Positions 34,459 through 44,178 of a stretch of DNA of 64,000 nt are shown here, one piece after another (position 1 is the stretch's first letter; the number at the start of each line of letters is the position of its first letter). The translations under genes were made by a program, and so were the position numbers. The notes under the pieces are model-generated. The model was not told where the DNA came from. It saw only the letters and a program-made list of their open reading frames with translations, and made no database searches. The stretch covers positions 8,917-72,916 of the forward strand of contig JBAZIW010000003.1 of NCBI GenBank assembly GCA_041651655.1, written 5' to 3'. Source of the DNA: Minisyncoccota bacterium. Its GTDB lineage: Bacteria; Patescibacteriota; Minisyncoccia; Minisyncoccales; Minisyncoccaceae.

Positions 34459-35142
34459 ATGAATAAATTAATCATCGTCAGACACGGAGAAAGCGTCTGG
34501 AACAAAGAAAATGTCTTTACCGGTTGGATTGATGCTCCTTTGTCAGAAGAAGGAATTAATCAGGCCAAAGCAGCCGGCAGAATCCTTAAAGAAAAAGGTT
34601 TTACTTTTGATTTAGCTTTTACTTCAGTTTTACAAAGAGCCTACAATACTCTCGATTTGATTTTAGAAGAAATGAATCTTGTTGTCCCAACAGAAAAATC
34701 TTGGAGATTAAATGAAAGACATTATGGCGGATTACAGGGAATGAATAAAGACGAAGCCAGAACAAAATTCGGTGAAGAACAAGTAAAGATATGGAGAAGA
34801 AGCTACGACGTCAGGCCTCCAGTTGAAAAAGAGGTAGAAGAATATAAATACGAAGAGATTAGAGAGGGGAACGTTCCTTTAACTGAAAGCTTAAAAGACA
34901 CCGAAGAAAGACTTCTTCCTTACTGGCAAGAAACAATTGTTCCACAAATCATGTCCGGTAAAAAGATAATCATTGCCGCTCACGGAAACAGCATCAGAGC
35001 TTTAATTAAAAACATTGAAGGACTCTCGGGAGAAGAAATTGTTAAAATAGAAATACCGATGGGTAATCCTTTGGTTTACGAATTGGATGATAATCTAAAG
35101 CCAATCAACAAATACTATTTGTCAGTCCCGGTTCTTGACTGA
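34459..35142 (+). CDS. gpmA: 2,3-bisphosphoglycerate-dependent phosphoglycerate mutase
   Basis: Catalytic RHGESVWN, ERHYGGLQG and AAHGNSIRAL. Confidence 0.93.
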   Translation: MNKLIIVRHGESVWNKENVFTGWIDAPLSEEGINQAKAAGRILKEKGFTFDLAFTSVLQRAYNTLDLILEEMNLVVPTEKSWRLNERHYGGLQGMNKDEARTKFGEEQVKIWRRSYDVRPPVEKEVEEYKYEEIREGNVPLTESLKDTEERLLPYWQETIVPQIMSGKKIIIAAHGNSIRALIKNIEGLSGEEIVKIEIPMGNPLVYELDDNLKPINKYYLSVPVLD

Positions 35143-35170
35143 TAAAATACATATGGTATATTAAATCCAT

Positions 35171-35869
35171 ATGTTAAGTGAAAGACAAGAACAGATAATA
35201 AAAAGCTTGGTTCGGGAATACATTAAAACCGCCGAACCGGTGAGCTCTAAATTCTTAGCCGAAAAACACGATTTCGGCCTTTGTCCTTCAGCGATAAGAA
35301 TTGAATTGCAAGCATTAATCAGGGAAGGCTTCTTGGAACAACCCCACACATCAGCGGGAAGAATTCCAACCGACAAGGCTTACCGATTTTTTGTCGATCA
35401 CTTAAAAGAAAAAAGAGAAGAAAAAATGGAAGAGGAATTGGAAGATATAATTAAGGGAGTGGAAGATAAATTCAGAATGGCTTCGGAAATCGCTAAGTTC
35501 ATTGCCGACAATTCATCAAGCTTTGTTAATTTGTATTTCGCTAAAGAAGGATTGAACCTGAAAGAAGGATTGGATGAAATATTTAAAGAACCTGAATCCA
35601 GAGATGAAAGTTTCATTAACAGCTTTGTTAACTTTCTGACAAACTTCGAAAAGAATGTTGATAAGCTGCAAGCTAATTCAAAAACACAAATATTTATTGG
35701 AAAAGAAAATCCGATTGTTAAATCTAAAGACATGACGATGATTTGTTCCGAATGCAATCTGCCTTCGCAAAAAGTAATCATTACCATTATGGGACCAAAA
35801 AGAATGGACTACGAAAAAAACATAAAATTAATTAATTCATTAAATAAAGTATTAGAAGAACTCATATGA
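35171..35869 (+). CDS. hrcA: heat-inducible transcription repressor HrcA (short form)
   Basis: N-terminal winged helix LSERQEQIIKSLVREYIKTAEPVSSKFL...LEQPHTSAGRIPTDKAYRFF. Upstream of grpE-dnaK-dnaJ. Only 232 aa. Confidence 0.8.
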   Translation: MLSERQEQIIKSLVREYIKTAEPVSSKFLAEKHDFGLCPSAIRIELQALIREGFLEQPHTSAGRIPTDKAYRFFVDHLKEKREEKMEEELEDIIKGVEDKFRMASEIAKFIADNSSSFVNLYFAKEGLNLKEGLDEIFKEPESRDESFINSFVNFLTNFEKNVDKLQANSKTQIFIGKENPIVKSKDMTMICSECNLPSQKVIITIMGPKRMDYEKNIKLINSLNKVLEELI

Positions 35870-36339
35870 AAGAAGAACAAACAACAGAAGAACCAAACAA
35901 GGAGTTGGAAGAGTTAAAGCAGAAAAAAGAAGAATACTTTGCCGGATGGCAGAGAGAAAAAGCCGACTTCCTTAACTACAAAAAACAGGAATTTGAAAGA
36001 TTGAAAGGCACCCTTTGTATTGCCAAGGAAAGCGTCTTTGAAGACATTATTCCTATTTTAGATAATTTCAGATTAGCGGAAAAAGCCATTTCAGAAGAGG
36101 ACAAAAACAACCAAAGCGTTATCGGCCTATTAATGATTAAAAAGCAGCTAGAAAGCGCCTTAAAGGCCTTGGGATTAGAGGAAATTCAAAGCATCGGCCA
36201 GAAGTTTGACCCCAGTCTTCATGAAGCCGTAGAAGAGATAGAAGGAGGGGAAGAGGGAGTAATAATTGAAGAAATAGAGAAGGGATATTCGTACAACGGC
36301 AAGATATTAAGACCTTCAAAAGTTAAGGTAGGAAAATAG
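35866..36339 (+). CDS. grpE: nucleotide exchange factor GrpE
   Basis: DNFRLAEK..., FDPSLHEAV, and a C-terminal beta domain GYSYNGKILRPSKVKV. ATGA overlap with hrcA. Confidence 0.9.
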   Translation: MKEEQTTEEPNKELEELKQKKEEYFAGWQREKADFLNYKKQEFERLKGTLCIAKESVFEDIIPILDNFRLAEKAISEEDKNNQSVIGLLMIKKQLESALKALGLEEIQSIGQKFDPSLHEAVEEIEGGEEGVIIEEIEKGYSYNGKILRPSKVKVGK

Positions 36340-36343
36340 CATA

Positions 36344-36370
36344 TTATCACTCTTGACAAGAGAGTGATAA
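36344..36370. promoter_or_regulatory. CIRCE-like HrcA operator (TTATCACTC-N9-GAGTGATAA)
   Basis: Perfect 9-bp inverted repeat with a 9-nt spacer. It differs from the canonical TTAGCACTC-N9-GAGTGCTAA at one position per arm. Confidence 0.7.
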
Positions 36371-36381
36371 TCAAATAATAT
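36353..36381 (+). promoter_or_regulatory. dnaK promoter embedded in the CIRCE element
   Basis: TTGACA 36353-36358 forms the CIRCE spacer; 17-nt spacer; TAATAT 36376-36381. Confidence 0.6.
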
Positions 36382-36411
36382 TGAAATATAAGAATAAAAA
36401 ATAAAAGAACT

Positions 36412-38310
36412 ATGTCAAAGATTTTAGGAATAGACTTGGGTACAGCCATAACCAAATCTGCTTCAATTATTAATGGAGAACCAAAAGCACTAGAAAATAG
36501 AGAAGGCTCGATTTTAACACCTTCAATTATTGCTCAGACCAAAGGAGGAGAAAGGGTGGTTGGAATTCTTGCTCAAAGACAGGCGATCACCAATCCAAAA
36601 AATACCATTTCTGCAGTTAAGAGATTTATCGGCAGAAGATTTTCCGATGCCGAAGTGCAAAAAGAATTAAAACTTCTTCCTTACGAAACCAGAGAAAAAT
36701 CAGACGGTGAAGTTGAGGTTAAAATGGGAGACAAATGGTACAACCCGATTGAAATCTCTTCAATGATTTTACAGAAAATAAAAGCTGACGCTAAAGACAA
36801 ATTAGGAGAAGATATTAAAAACGTTGTTATCACTTGTCCGGCCAACTTTGACGACTCTCAAAGAAAGGCAACCATTGCGGCCGGAGAAATTGCCGGATTC
36901 AATGTTTTGCGTGTCATCAATGAACCAACCGCCGCAGCTCTAGCTTACGGCTTCGGTAAAAAAGATGCTCAAAAAATATTGGTATACGATTTTGGAGGAG
37001 GTACGTTTGATGTGACCATCCTTGATGTTTCTCCCGAAGTAGTTGAAGTTTTAGCTACCGGCGGAGAACCTCACTTAGGAGGAAATGATTTCGATCAAAG
37101 AATAATCGATTGGATTTTAACTGAATTTAAAAAAGAACAGGGAATTGATTTAGTTAAAGATCCTTTAGCTTTACAGAGATTAAAAGAAGCAGCAGAAAAA
37201 GCCAAGACTGAATTATCTAGTGCCATGGAAACTAACATCAATCTTCCTTTCATCACTTCCGATGCTGACGGTCCAAAACACTTGGAATACAAGCTATCAA
37301 GGTCTCAATTCGATTCAATGACTAATGATTTAATTACAAGGTCAATTGATAGGGTTAAAAAAACCTTGGAAGAAATCAAGATGGACAAAAACGAGATTAA
37401 CGAAGTTATTCTTGTTGGAGGAACAACATTGATTCCGGCCGCCAGAGACGCAGTTAAAAACTTCTTCGGCAAAGAACCAAACAAATCAATTAATCCTGAA
37501 GAAGTAGTTGCTATCGGTGCCGCCATCGAAGCAGAAATATTAACGGCTAAAAAAGAAGGCAGAACTCCCGAAGGAGATATTAAGAGTGTCCTATTGCTTG
37601 ATGTCTTACCGTTATCACTAGGAATCGAAACCTTGGGCGGAGTCTCAACTCCGATGATTATGAAGAACACCACCATTCCCACTACCGGCTCACAAGTTTT
37701 CTCAACTGCGGTTGATAATCAGCCGTCGGTTGAGATAAACGTTTTGCAGGGAGAAAGATCAATGGCTACCGATAATCGTTCTTTGGGCAAATTCGTTTTA
37801 GACGGTATTCCTCCAGCACCAAGAGGCATTCCTCAGGTTGAGGTTAAATTCGATATTGATGCTAACGGAATTTTAACCGTAACCGCGATTGATAAGGCTT
37901 CGAATAAATCTCAATCAATTAAAGTTGAAGGTTCGATTGGAATCTCCAAAGAAGATATTGAAAAGATGAAAAAGGATGCCGAAGTTCATGCCGCTGAAGA
38001 CCAAAAGAAAAAAGAATCTATCGAGGCAAAGAACATCGCCGACAATTTAATCTACCAATCGGAGAAAACAATCAAAGATGCGGGAGAAAAAGTTTCCGCT
38101 GAAGCAAAAAAAGAAGTGGAGGACAAAATTTCTGAATTGAAAAAAGTAAAGGATGGTGATAATATAGAAGAAATAAAAAAGAAAACTGAGGAACTATCCC
38201 AAGCCATTCAGAAAGTCGGTGCCGCAATGTATCAAACAACTCAAAATCAGGAACCGAAAAAAGAAGAAGGACCTGAAAGCGCACCGGAAGCTGAAACTGA
38301 AAAAGAATAA
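36412..38310 (+). CDS. dnaK: molecular chaperone DnaK (Hsp70)
   Basis: ILGIDLGT, DFGGGTFDV, VILVGGTTLIPA and the overall Hsp70 layout. Confidence 0.97.
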   Translation: MSKILGIDLGTAITKSASIINGEPKALENREGSILTPSIIAQTKGGERVVGILAQRQAITNPKNTISAVKRFIGRRFSDAEVQKELKLLPYETREKSDGEVEVKMGDKWYNPIEISSMILQKIKADAKDKLGEDIKNVVITCPANFDDSQRKATIAAGEIAGFNVLRVINEPTAAALAYGFGKKDAQKILVYDFGGGTFDVTILDVSPEVVEVLATGGEPHLGGNDFDQRIIDWILTEFKKEQGIDLVKDPLALQRLKEAAEKAKTELSSAMETNINLPFITSDADGPKHLEYKLSRSQFDSMTNDLITRSIDRVKKTLEEIKMDKNEINEVILVGGTTLIPAARDAVKNFFGKEPNKSINPEEVVAIGAAIEAEILTAKKEGRTPEGDIKSVLLLDVLPLSLGIETLGGVSTPMIMKNTTIPTTGSQVFSTAVDNQPSVEINVLQGERSMATDNRSLGKFVLDGIPPAPRGIPQVEVKFDIDANGILTVTAIDKASNKSQSIKVEGSIGISKEDIEKMKKDAEVHAAEDQKKKESIEAKNIADNLIYQSEKTIKDAGEKVSAEAKKEVEDKISELKKVKDGDNIEEIKKKTEELSQAIQKVGAAMYQTTQNQEPKKEEGPESAPEAETEKE

Positions 38311-38366
38311 TTTAAAGAATTATAAGAATGGCAAAATGAATAATTTTGCCTTTCTTATTTATTGCC

Positions 38367-39452
38367 ATGACAAAAGACTATTACAATATATTAGGAGTGG
38401 AAAAGACAGCTTCGGCTGAGGATATCAAGAAGGCCTACTACAAACTGGCCAATCAACATCATCCTGATAAAAAAGGAGGGGATGAGGCTAAATTTAAGGA
38501 AATCAATGAGGCCTACCAAACTCTGTCCGACAAAGACAAAAGAGCACAATATGACCGCTTTGGAAGGACATTCAACGGCGCTCAGGGCGGTTTTAATCAA
38601 CAGAACGTTAACTGGGAAGATATCATGGGCGGCATGGGAGGTGATTTTGGAAATATTGAAGATATCTTTAATATGTTCAGCGGTGGTTTTGGTGGGGGAA
38701 GAAAAAAACAAAAAGATGTGAGAAAGGGAAATAATCTTGAAATGATTCTTGAGCTTGATTTAGAATCAATTCTTCATCCTCAAGACAAAGAAGTGATCAT
38801 CACTAAAAAATCTACCTGTGAAAGATGCAGTGGTGCTGGTGCTGAACCGGGAACAGCAGTTAAAGAATGTTTTACCTGTCGAGGAACGGGAAGGGTTCAA
38901 GAACTCAGAAGAACATTCTTGGGAACCATCAGTCAATATGTCATTTGTCCTGATTGTCATGGCGAAGGGGTAAAACCGGAAAAACCGTGCAATGTTTGCC
39001 ACGGCGAAGGAAGGATTAAAAAAGAAGAAAAGATAAGGATAAATATCCCGGCTGGTGTTGACAATAACCAGATAATTAAGGTAAAAGGGAAAGGTGAAGC
39101 AGGGAAACGTGGAGGGGAAGCAGGAGACCTATATATCAGGATATCCATCAAGCCTCACAAAGTTTTTGAAAGAAATGGAGATGATATTTATCTAAAACAA
39201 ACCATTACTTTTTCTGAAGCAACACTGGGAGGAAAGATAAAGATACCGACTCTGGAAGGAGAAAAAATAATCGTCAAAGTTCCCAACGGAACTGAATCAG
39301 GAAAGATACTCAAAATTTCTAAAAGGGGTATTCCTCATTTTTCAGGCATTGGCAGAGGTAACTTGTATTTACAGTTAAATATTGATACTCCCGAAAAGTT
39401 AACCAGAAGACAAAAAGAATTGTTAGAAGAATTAAAAAAAGAGGGACTTTAA
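38367..39452 (+). CDS. dnaJ: molecular chaperone DnaJ
   Basis: J domain with HPD (DYYNILGV...[12 protein letters not shown]), a G/F region, and four CxxCxGxG zinc motifs. Confidence 0.95.
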   Translation: MTKDYYNILGVEKTASAEDIKKAYYKLANQHHPDKKGGDEAKFKEINEAYQTLSDKDKRAQYDRFGRTFNGAQGGFNQQNVNWEDIMGGMGGDFGNIEDIFNMFSGGFGGGRKKQKDVRKGNNLEMILELDLESILHPQDKEVIITKKSTCERCSGAGAEPGTAVKECFTCRGTGRVQELRRTFLGTISQYVICPDCHGEGVKPEKPCNVCHGEGRIKKEEKIRINIPAGVDNNQIIKVKGKGEAGKRGGEAGDLYIRISIKPHKVFERNGDDIYLKQTITFSEATLGGKIKIPTLEGEKIIVKVPNGTESGKILKISKRGIPHFSGIGRGNLYLQLNIDTPEKLTRRQKELLEELKKEGL

Positions 39453-39465
39453 AATCCCTCAATAC

Positions 39466-39541
39466 GCCCCAATAGCTCAGTTGGTAGAGCAACATCCTTT
39501 TAAGATGAAGGTCACAGGTTCGAATCCTGTTTGGGGCACCA
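39466..39541 (+). tRNA. tRNA-Lys (anticodon TTT), CCA encoded
   Basis: Acceptor GCCCCAA/TTGGGGC, D-arm GCTC-AGTTGGTA-GAGC, anticodon loop CTTTTAA, T-arm ACAGG-TTCGAAT-CCTGT, then A-CCA. Confidence 0.9.
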
Positions 39542-39636
39542 CAATTAAACTTTCAAAATTTGCCGCGTGAAGCGCGATATTGTCGAAAGCCCTTAAAATT
39601 AGTATTGATAATTTAATAAATTAAAATAACAATATT

Positions 39637-40296
39637 ATGAACAACGAAGAACAAAATCAGAGCAAGGTTCATATAATTTCTATCGGTTTGGTATTGAGTT
39701 GGGTTTTTGGAGTATTGACAGCAATAAGTGGTGTAATGTTTTTATTTTCGCAATTCCTTACAGGTATTTTGATGTTACTACTTTCGGCGATATTATTACC
39801 ACCGGTAAATAAATTTATTGCCAATAAATTACATTTCTCAATTTCTAGAGGATTGAAATTTGTTATGGTAATTATTTTACTCAGTGTTATTGGGGCAACA
39901 ATGCCTACTAATCAAAATACTATTTCTAACACAAATACAGTTCCAAGTGCAGAACAAGCAGACGAGATTGAAACAGAAGATACGAGTATACCCAGAGAGT
40001 ATAAATCTGCCCTCAACAAAGCCTCTTCGTATGCTAACACAATGCACATGTCTAAGCGCGGAGTTTACGATCAGTTAGTTTCGGAATATGGAGAGAAGTT
40101 TTCGGCAGTCGCCGCACAGTATGCAATAGATAATGTAAAAGCTGACTGGAATGCAAATGCCTTAGTTAAGGCAAAGAGTTATCAAGACACTATGAACCTT
40201 TCGCCATCTGCCATTCATGACCAATTAACTTCTGAGTATGGTGAAAAATTCACTGAAGCAGAAGCGGACTATGCTATTCAACACCTTAATGATTAA
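39637..40296 (+). CDS. membrane protein with two Ltp-like (host cell surface-exposed lipoprotein family) repeats
   Basis: N-terminal TM helices, then a duplicated module: YKSALNKASSYANTMHMSKRGVYDQLVSEYGEKFSAVAAQYAIDN and ALVKAKSYQDTMNLSPSAIHDQLTSEYGEKFTEAEADYAIQH. Confidence 0.68.
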   Translation: MNNEEQNQSKVHIISIGLVLSWVFGVLTAISGVMFLFSQFLTGILMLLLSAILLPPVNKFIANKLHFSISRGLKFVMVIILLSVIGATMPTNQNTISNTNTVPSAEQADEIETEDTSIPREYKSALNKASSYANTMHMSKRGVYDQLVSEYGEKFSAVAAQYAIDNVKADWNANALVKAKSYQDTMNLSPSAIHDQLTSEYGEKFTEAEADYAIQHLND

Positions 40297-40406
40297 AAAT
40301 ATATAAAAATTTTCAATACAATCATTGGCTCAAATTTCATTAAACAAACGCACAAAACAAAAACTGACTATTAGTCAGTTTTTGTTTATGATATAATTTA
40401 AAAAAC

Positions 40407-40814
40407 ATGAAAAGTTTACTAAATATTTTTAAACCTATAATAAGTATCTTTCCGAGCAATATATTCTTTGTGAGCGGATTATTGTTTTTATTAATCGGAA
40501 TGAGTGCGAATGTATTCTTCTTGAATAGAACGCTCGGAGATAAATTTGCTTGTTTAACCGTTAATAGTAACAGTTGTCCGATTGCGGATAGCTTTTTTGG
40601 TTATACTTTAATCTATTTTTATCTTATGATATTTTCTTACGGACTTTCTATATTTTTATTGTTATCAGCTTTTATTTCGATAAAACTATTTAAAAAATTA
40701 CCCGACAGAAAGCCATCAACCCTAACAAAAATATTTTCTAATCTTTGTTCTTTAATTATTATAATCATATTTTTCCTTTTACTTTTAATCATTTACGAAT
40801 TAGTGTGGTTGTGA
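40407..40814 (+). CDS. hypothetical multi-pass membrane protein
   Basis: 135 aa, very hydrophobic. An extended -10 TGATATAAT (40389-40397) lies 9 nt before the ATG. Confidence 0.6.
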   Translation: MKSLLNIFKPIISIFPSNIFFVSGLLFLLIGMSANVFFLNRTLGDKFACLTVNSNSCPIADSFFGYTLIYFYLMIFSYGLSIFLLLSAFISIKLFKKLPDRKPSTLTKIFSNLCSLIIIIIFFLLLLIIYELVWL

Positions 40815-40873
40815 TTGACAATGAATTATTGAAATAGTAGTATGGGGGCATAAACCTCAGGGAGGGTTTAATA

Positions 40874-41353
40874 ATGTACATTAAAGCATTTGAGTATGGA
40901 CATGAATGGGAACTTGTTCTTGATTTCCTTAAATGGTGGATTAAGAGCGACAACTGTTCAAAAGACATAAAGATAGGCGATAGTGTCAATGGCGGTAAGG
41001 CCGTCCGAGACATAGATCACACTATCTGTGTCACCCAAAAGGGAAAATTTGAACTGCTAATTGAAAAAGATGCCATCATGAGCGACGGACCCAAAAGAAA
41101 GCTGAAATCTGATGAGCTCTATTTAAACAAAAAATTACTGCTCGGCGGGACTGGCTTTGATAAGTCCGTCAAAAAAATCAAAGAGTGGCTCAAAAAAACC
41201 GAGGATTACGATCCCCGGGCAATAGACTACGAAAAAGCATGCTTGGAAGGACAAAAATTCGACATGGTAGGAACAGGCTTCTATTTCGAAACTATTGATA
41301 CAAGCTACCGTAAAATTCTTATCACTGCTTCCGTTGTCGGCATCCCTAAATAA
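40874..41353 (+). CDS. hypothetical protein
   Basis: 159-aa ORF with no recognisable motif. Confidence 0.55.
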   Translation: MYIKAFEYGHEWELVLDFLKWWIKSDNCSKDIKIGDSVNGGKAVRDIDHTICVTQKGKFELLIEKDAIMSDGPKRKLKSDELYLNKKLLLGGTGFDKSVKKIKEWLKKTEDYDPRAIDYEKACLEGQKFDMVGTGFYFETIDTSYRKILITASVVGIPK

Positions 41354-41418
41354 ATCTGGAAAAATTTCCAGTTTTTTTATTGTTATTTTCATTATCTTGT
41401 GTTAATTTATGATAAACA

Positions 41419-41895
41419 ATGAATAAATACGTTTTCCCATATGAAGAGCAATTAGATAGGATAAAAAGACTGGAAGAAGATATCCAGCGTTTTTCTATTT
41501 CCTCGGATGATAATTTTGAAAAAGCGATTGATGCTTTTACCTCTTTCTTTATCCAGTGCTATCACTTGCGGGACTGGCTGGTTGAAAGCCGTTACAGCCG
41601 AAGGGATATTGATATCTTCATTTCGGAAAGCTTTTCCTTATCTCTTTGCCGGGATATCGCCAATAAGCAAAAACACAAAACTATTGATAAATACGAACCG
41701 CAAAATCATTTAGTCGAACACAAGGTTGAAGGTTCTAATATTTTATCACCGATTATCCGCTATTACGATCCTCACCGAAAAGAAAATAGATACGGTGTTG
41801 ATGTTGAAGAATTTGGGACATTGGTTGATGTGATTGAGTTGGCGAAAAAATGCATTGACGAATGGCAAAGATTCTTATACATCTACTCAATATGA
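41419..41895 (+). CDS. hypothetical protein
   Basis: 158-aa ORF. Its stop overlaps the mnmA start (ATGA). Confidence 0.55.
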   Translation: MNKYVFPYEEQLDRIKRLEEDIQRFSISSDDNFEKAIDAFTSFFIQCYHLRDWLVESRYSRRDIDIFISESFSLSLCRDIANKQKHKTIDKYEPQNHLVEHKVEGSNILSPIIRYYDPHRKENRYGVDVEEFGTLVDVIELAKKCIDEWQRFLYIYSI

Positions 41896-42986
41896 AGACA
41901 AAAAAAGAAACAACTATCGCGGTCGGAATGAGTGGAGGAGTTGATTCAACCATGACCGCATTAATGCTGAAAAACAAAGGATACAACGTTGTTGGACTAA
42001 CAATGCAGATTTGGGATAATAATCCTAATATTAAAGGAACTAGCAGCGGCTGCTACGGACCAAATGAAAAATACGATATTATGGATGCCAAGAAAGCAGC
42101 TAAAATGATTGGGATTAAGCATCATGTCATTAATCTGCAAAAAGAATATCAGAAAGCAGTAATAGAGTATTTCAAAGGAGAATATCAGAAGGGAAGAACT
42201 CCCAATCCCTGTGTGATGTGCAATTCAAAAATAAAATTTGGATTATTGATTGATAAAGCATTAAAAAGCGGAATCGAGTTTGATTATTTTGCTACTGGGC
42301 ACTACGCCAGAGTTTCTTTTGATAAAAAAAGAAATCTATATTTATTAAAAAAAGGATTGGATAAAAATAAAGATCAATCTTATTTTCTTTACCGATTAAA
42401 ACAGAATCAATTATCAAGGATAATGTTTCCTATGGGAAATAAAAAGAAGGACGACATTAAATTATTTGCCAAGAAACATGGATTCAGTGAATATGCCAAC
42501 AAGCAAGAAAGCCAGAACTTTGTAGAATGCGACAGCTATTCGGAATTGCTTCCAAACGGAAAACCGGGAATGATTATCGACTACAACGGCAAGGTATTGG
42601 GAGAACACAAAGGAATCACCAATTATACTTTAGGACAGAGAAAGAATATTAATATTGGAGGATTAAAAGAACCGTATTACGTTCTTAAAATAAATGCCAA
42701 GAAAAATAGCATTGTTGTCGGACCGAGACGTCTTGCTTTCTTTGATAAAGTTTCGGTCAAAAATGTTAATTGGATAATTCCTTTTGATTCAATTAAAAAG
42801 AAAAAGATTGATGTGAAGGTGAGATACGGAGCAAAATCAGCTCCGGCCGTATTCGTTTCAAAGAATAAAGACAAGGCTGTTTTAAAATTCAGCAAGCCTC
42901 AGTTTGCAGTTACACCCGGCCAATCAATTGTCTTTTACGATAAAGACTATGTGGTCGGAGGCGGAATAATTGATAAAAATGAATAA
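41892..42986 (+). CDS. mnmA: tRNA 2-thiouridine(34) synthase MnmA
   Basis: PP-loop VGMSGGVDS, the catalytic Cys context TPNPCVMCN, and ATGHYAR. Confidence 0.93.
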   Translation: MKTKKETTIAVGMSGGVDSTMTALMLKNKGYNVVGLTMQIWDNNPNIKGTSSGCYGPNEKYDIMDAKKAAKMIGIKHHVINLQKEYQKAVIEYFKGEYQKGRTPNPCVMCNSKIKFGLLIDKALKSGIEFDYFATGHYARVSFDKKRNLYLLKKGLDKNKDQSYFLYRLKQNQLSRIMFPMGNKKKDDIKLFAKKHGFSEYANKQESQNFVECDSYSELLPNGKPGMIIDYNGKVLGEHKGITNYTLGQRKNINIGGLKEPYYVLKINAKKNSIVVGPRRLAFFDKVSVKNVNWIIPFDSIKKKKIDVKVRYGAKSAPAVFVSKNKDKAVLKFSKPQFAVTPGQSIVFYDKDYVVGGGIIDKNE

Positions 42987-43017
42987 CAAAAAAAGACCCT
43001 TGCGGGTCTTTCTTGTT

Positions 43018-43764
43018 TTATCTGAATAGATAAGTGATACTGACGGTTGAAGTAATCTTGTTTTCTCCTGTTTGTATTGTCGGAGACATAACTCCCGCAC
43101 CGGCGGCTGATTCTAATTTATAAGAATAGTTTTGATCGTATGATACGTAAGGAGTGTAAGAACTGTCTGAGAAGTTCATGATTTTCACCATTTTAATTCC
43201 CAAAGCTTTTTCTAAGTTCTTAGCTTTTTCCTGAGCATCTTTAATAGCTAAGTTCTTAGCATCTTCTTTTACCTTTTCATCATCGTCAACGATGAAAGAA
43301 AGACTACTGATGTCGTTAGCTCCTTTTTCTGTTGCTCCAGAAATCACAGCTCCAATTTTGCTCAAATCTCTAATCTTTACATTAATGGTCTGAGTAATTT
43401 CATATCCAGTCAAACTTCTGGCTCCTGTCTTATCGTTCCATTCATAATAAGGATTAATATTAAAGTTGGTTGTCTTAATATCCTTATCTGCGATTCCTTG
43501 GCCTTTAATGAATGATAGAATTTCATTCATTTTTACCGTGTTTTCATTAGTGGCGGTGGCAACGTCTTTGCCTTCTGTCTTAACCGATATGTTTATTAAA
43601 CCGACGTCGGGAGTGGCATAGACTTCTCCAGTTCCAGAAACGGTAATTATTTGATTTTCATTAGCTTGGCTTTTCTCGTTTATCGAAGCGGCGAGGAAAG
43701 CAATAATCATTATTACTAAAACGATTATTAAAAATTGAAAGAATTTGTTTTTAATTATTTCCAT
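43018..43764 (-). CDS. SIMPL-domain (DUF541, BP26-like) protein
   Basis: N-terminal TM, then ITVSGTGEVYATPDVGLINISV and a C-terminal ISVTY-like end, as in SIMPL proteins. Confidence 0.78.
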   Translation of the reverse strand: MEIIKNKFFQFLIIVLVIMIIAFLAASINEKSQANENQIITVSGTGEVYATPDVGLINISVKTEGKDVATATNENTVKMNEILSFIKGQGIADKDIKTTNFNINPYYEWNDKTGARSLTGYEITQTINVKIRDLSKIGAVISGATEKGANDISSLSFIVDDDEKVKEDAKNLAIKDAQEKAKNLEKALGIKMVKIMNFSDSSYTPYVSYDQNYSYKLESAAGAGVMSPTIQTGENKITSTVSITYLFR

Positions 43765-43776
43765 ATTTTTTAATTA

Positions 43777-44178
43777 TTATTTATTATATACTTCCGAGTG
43801 GACGAGAACATTTCTGTTGTTAAAGTACATTTTTGTTGTCGTTCCACCTTCGACCATTTGCAATACATTTGTTTTTTCTCCATTAAATGTTTCTTCTCCC
43901 ATACCACTGACGTTGGGGCTACTTTCTATCGTTTTATAAAAATCATTACTTTCTAGTGTTACTTGATTGGTATTTCCGCCGGAAGAAATAATTGAAACTG
44001 AAAAAATGATAAGCAGGGCGGAAAAGGAAAGGGAAGAGAAAGTAAGCTTCCAGTCCCAGTATTCTTTTTCCACATCAAAATACTCATTCTTTAGAAGAAC
44101 TGCTTTAAGTTTCTTTTGGTGTCCTTTCAATTCTATTCTATCCTTATTCGCTTTTTGAAATAATTCTTCTATTGTCAT
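43777..44178 (-). CDS. putative anti-sigma factor (single-pass membrane protein)
   Basis: 4-nt overlap with the upstream ECF sigma gene. A central TM (LTFSSLSFSALLIIFSVSII). Confidence 0.5.
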   Translation of the reverse strand: MTIEELFQKANKDRIELKGHQKKLKAVLLKNEYFDVEKEYWDWKLTFSSLSFSALLIIFSVSIISSGGNTNQVTLESNDFYKTIESSPNVSGMGEETFNGEKTNVLQMVEGGTTTKMYFNNRNVLVHSEVYNK

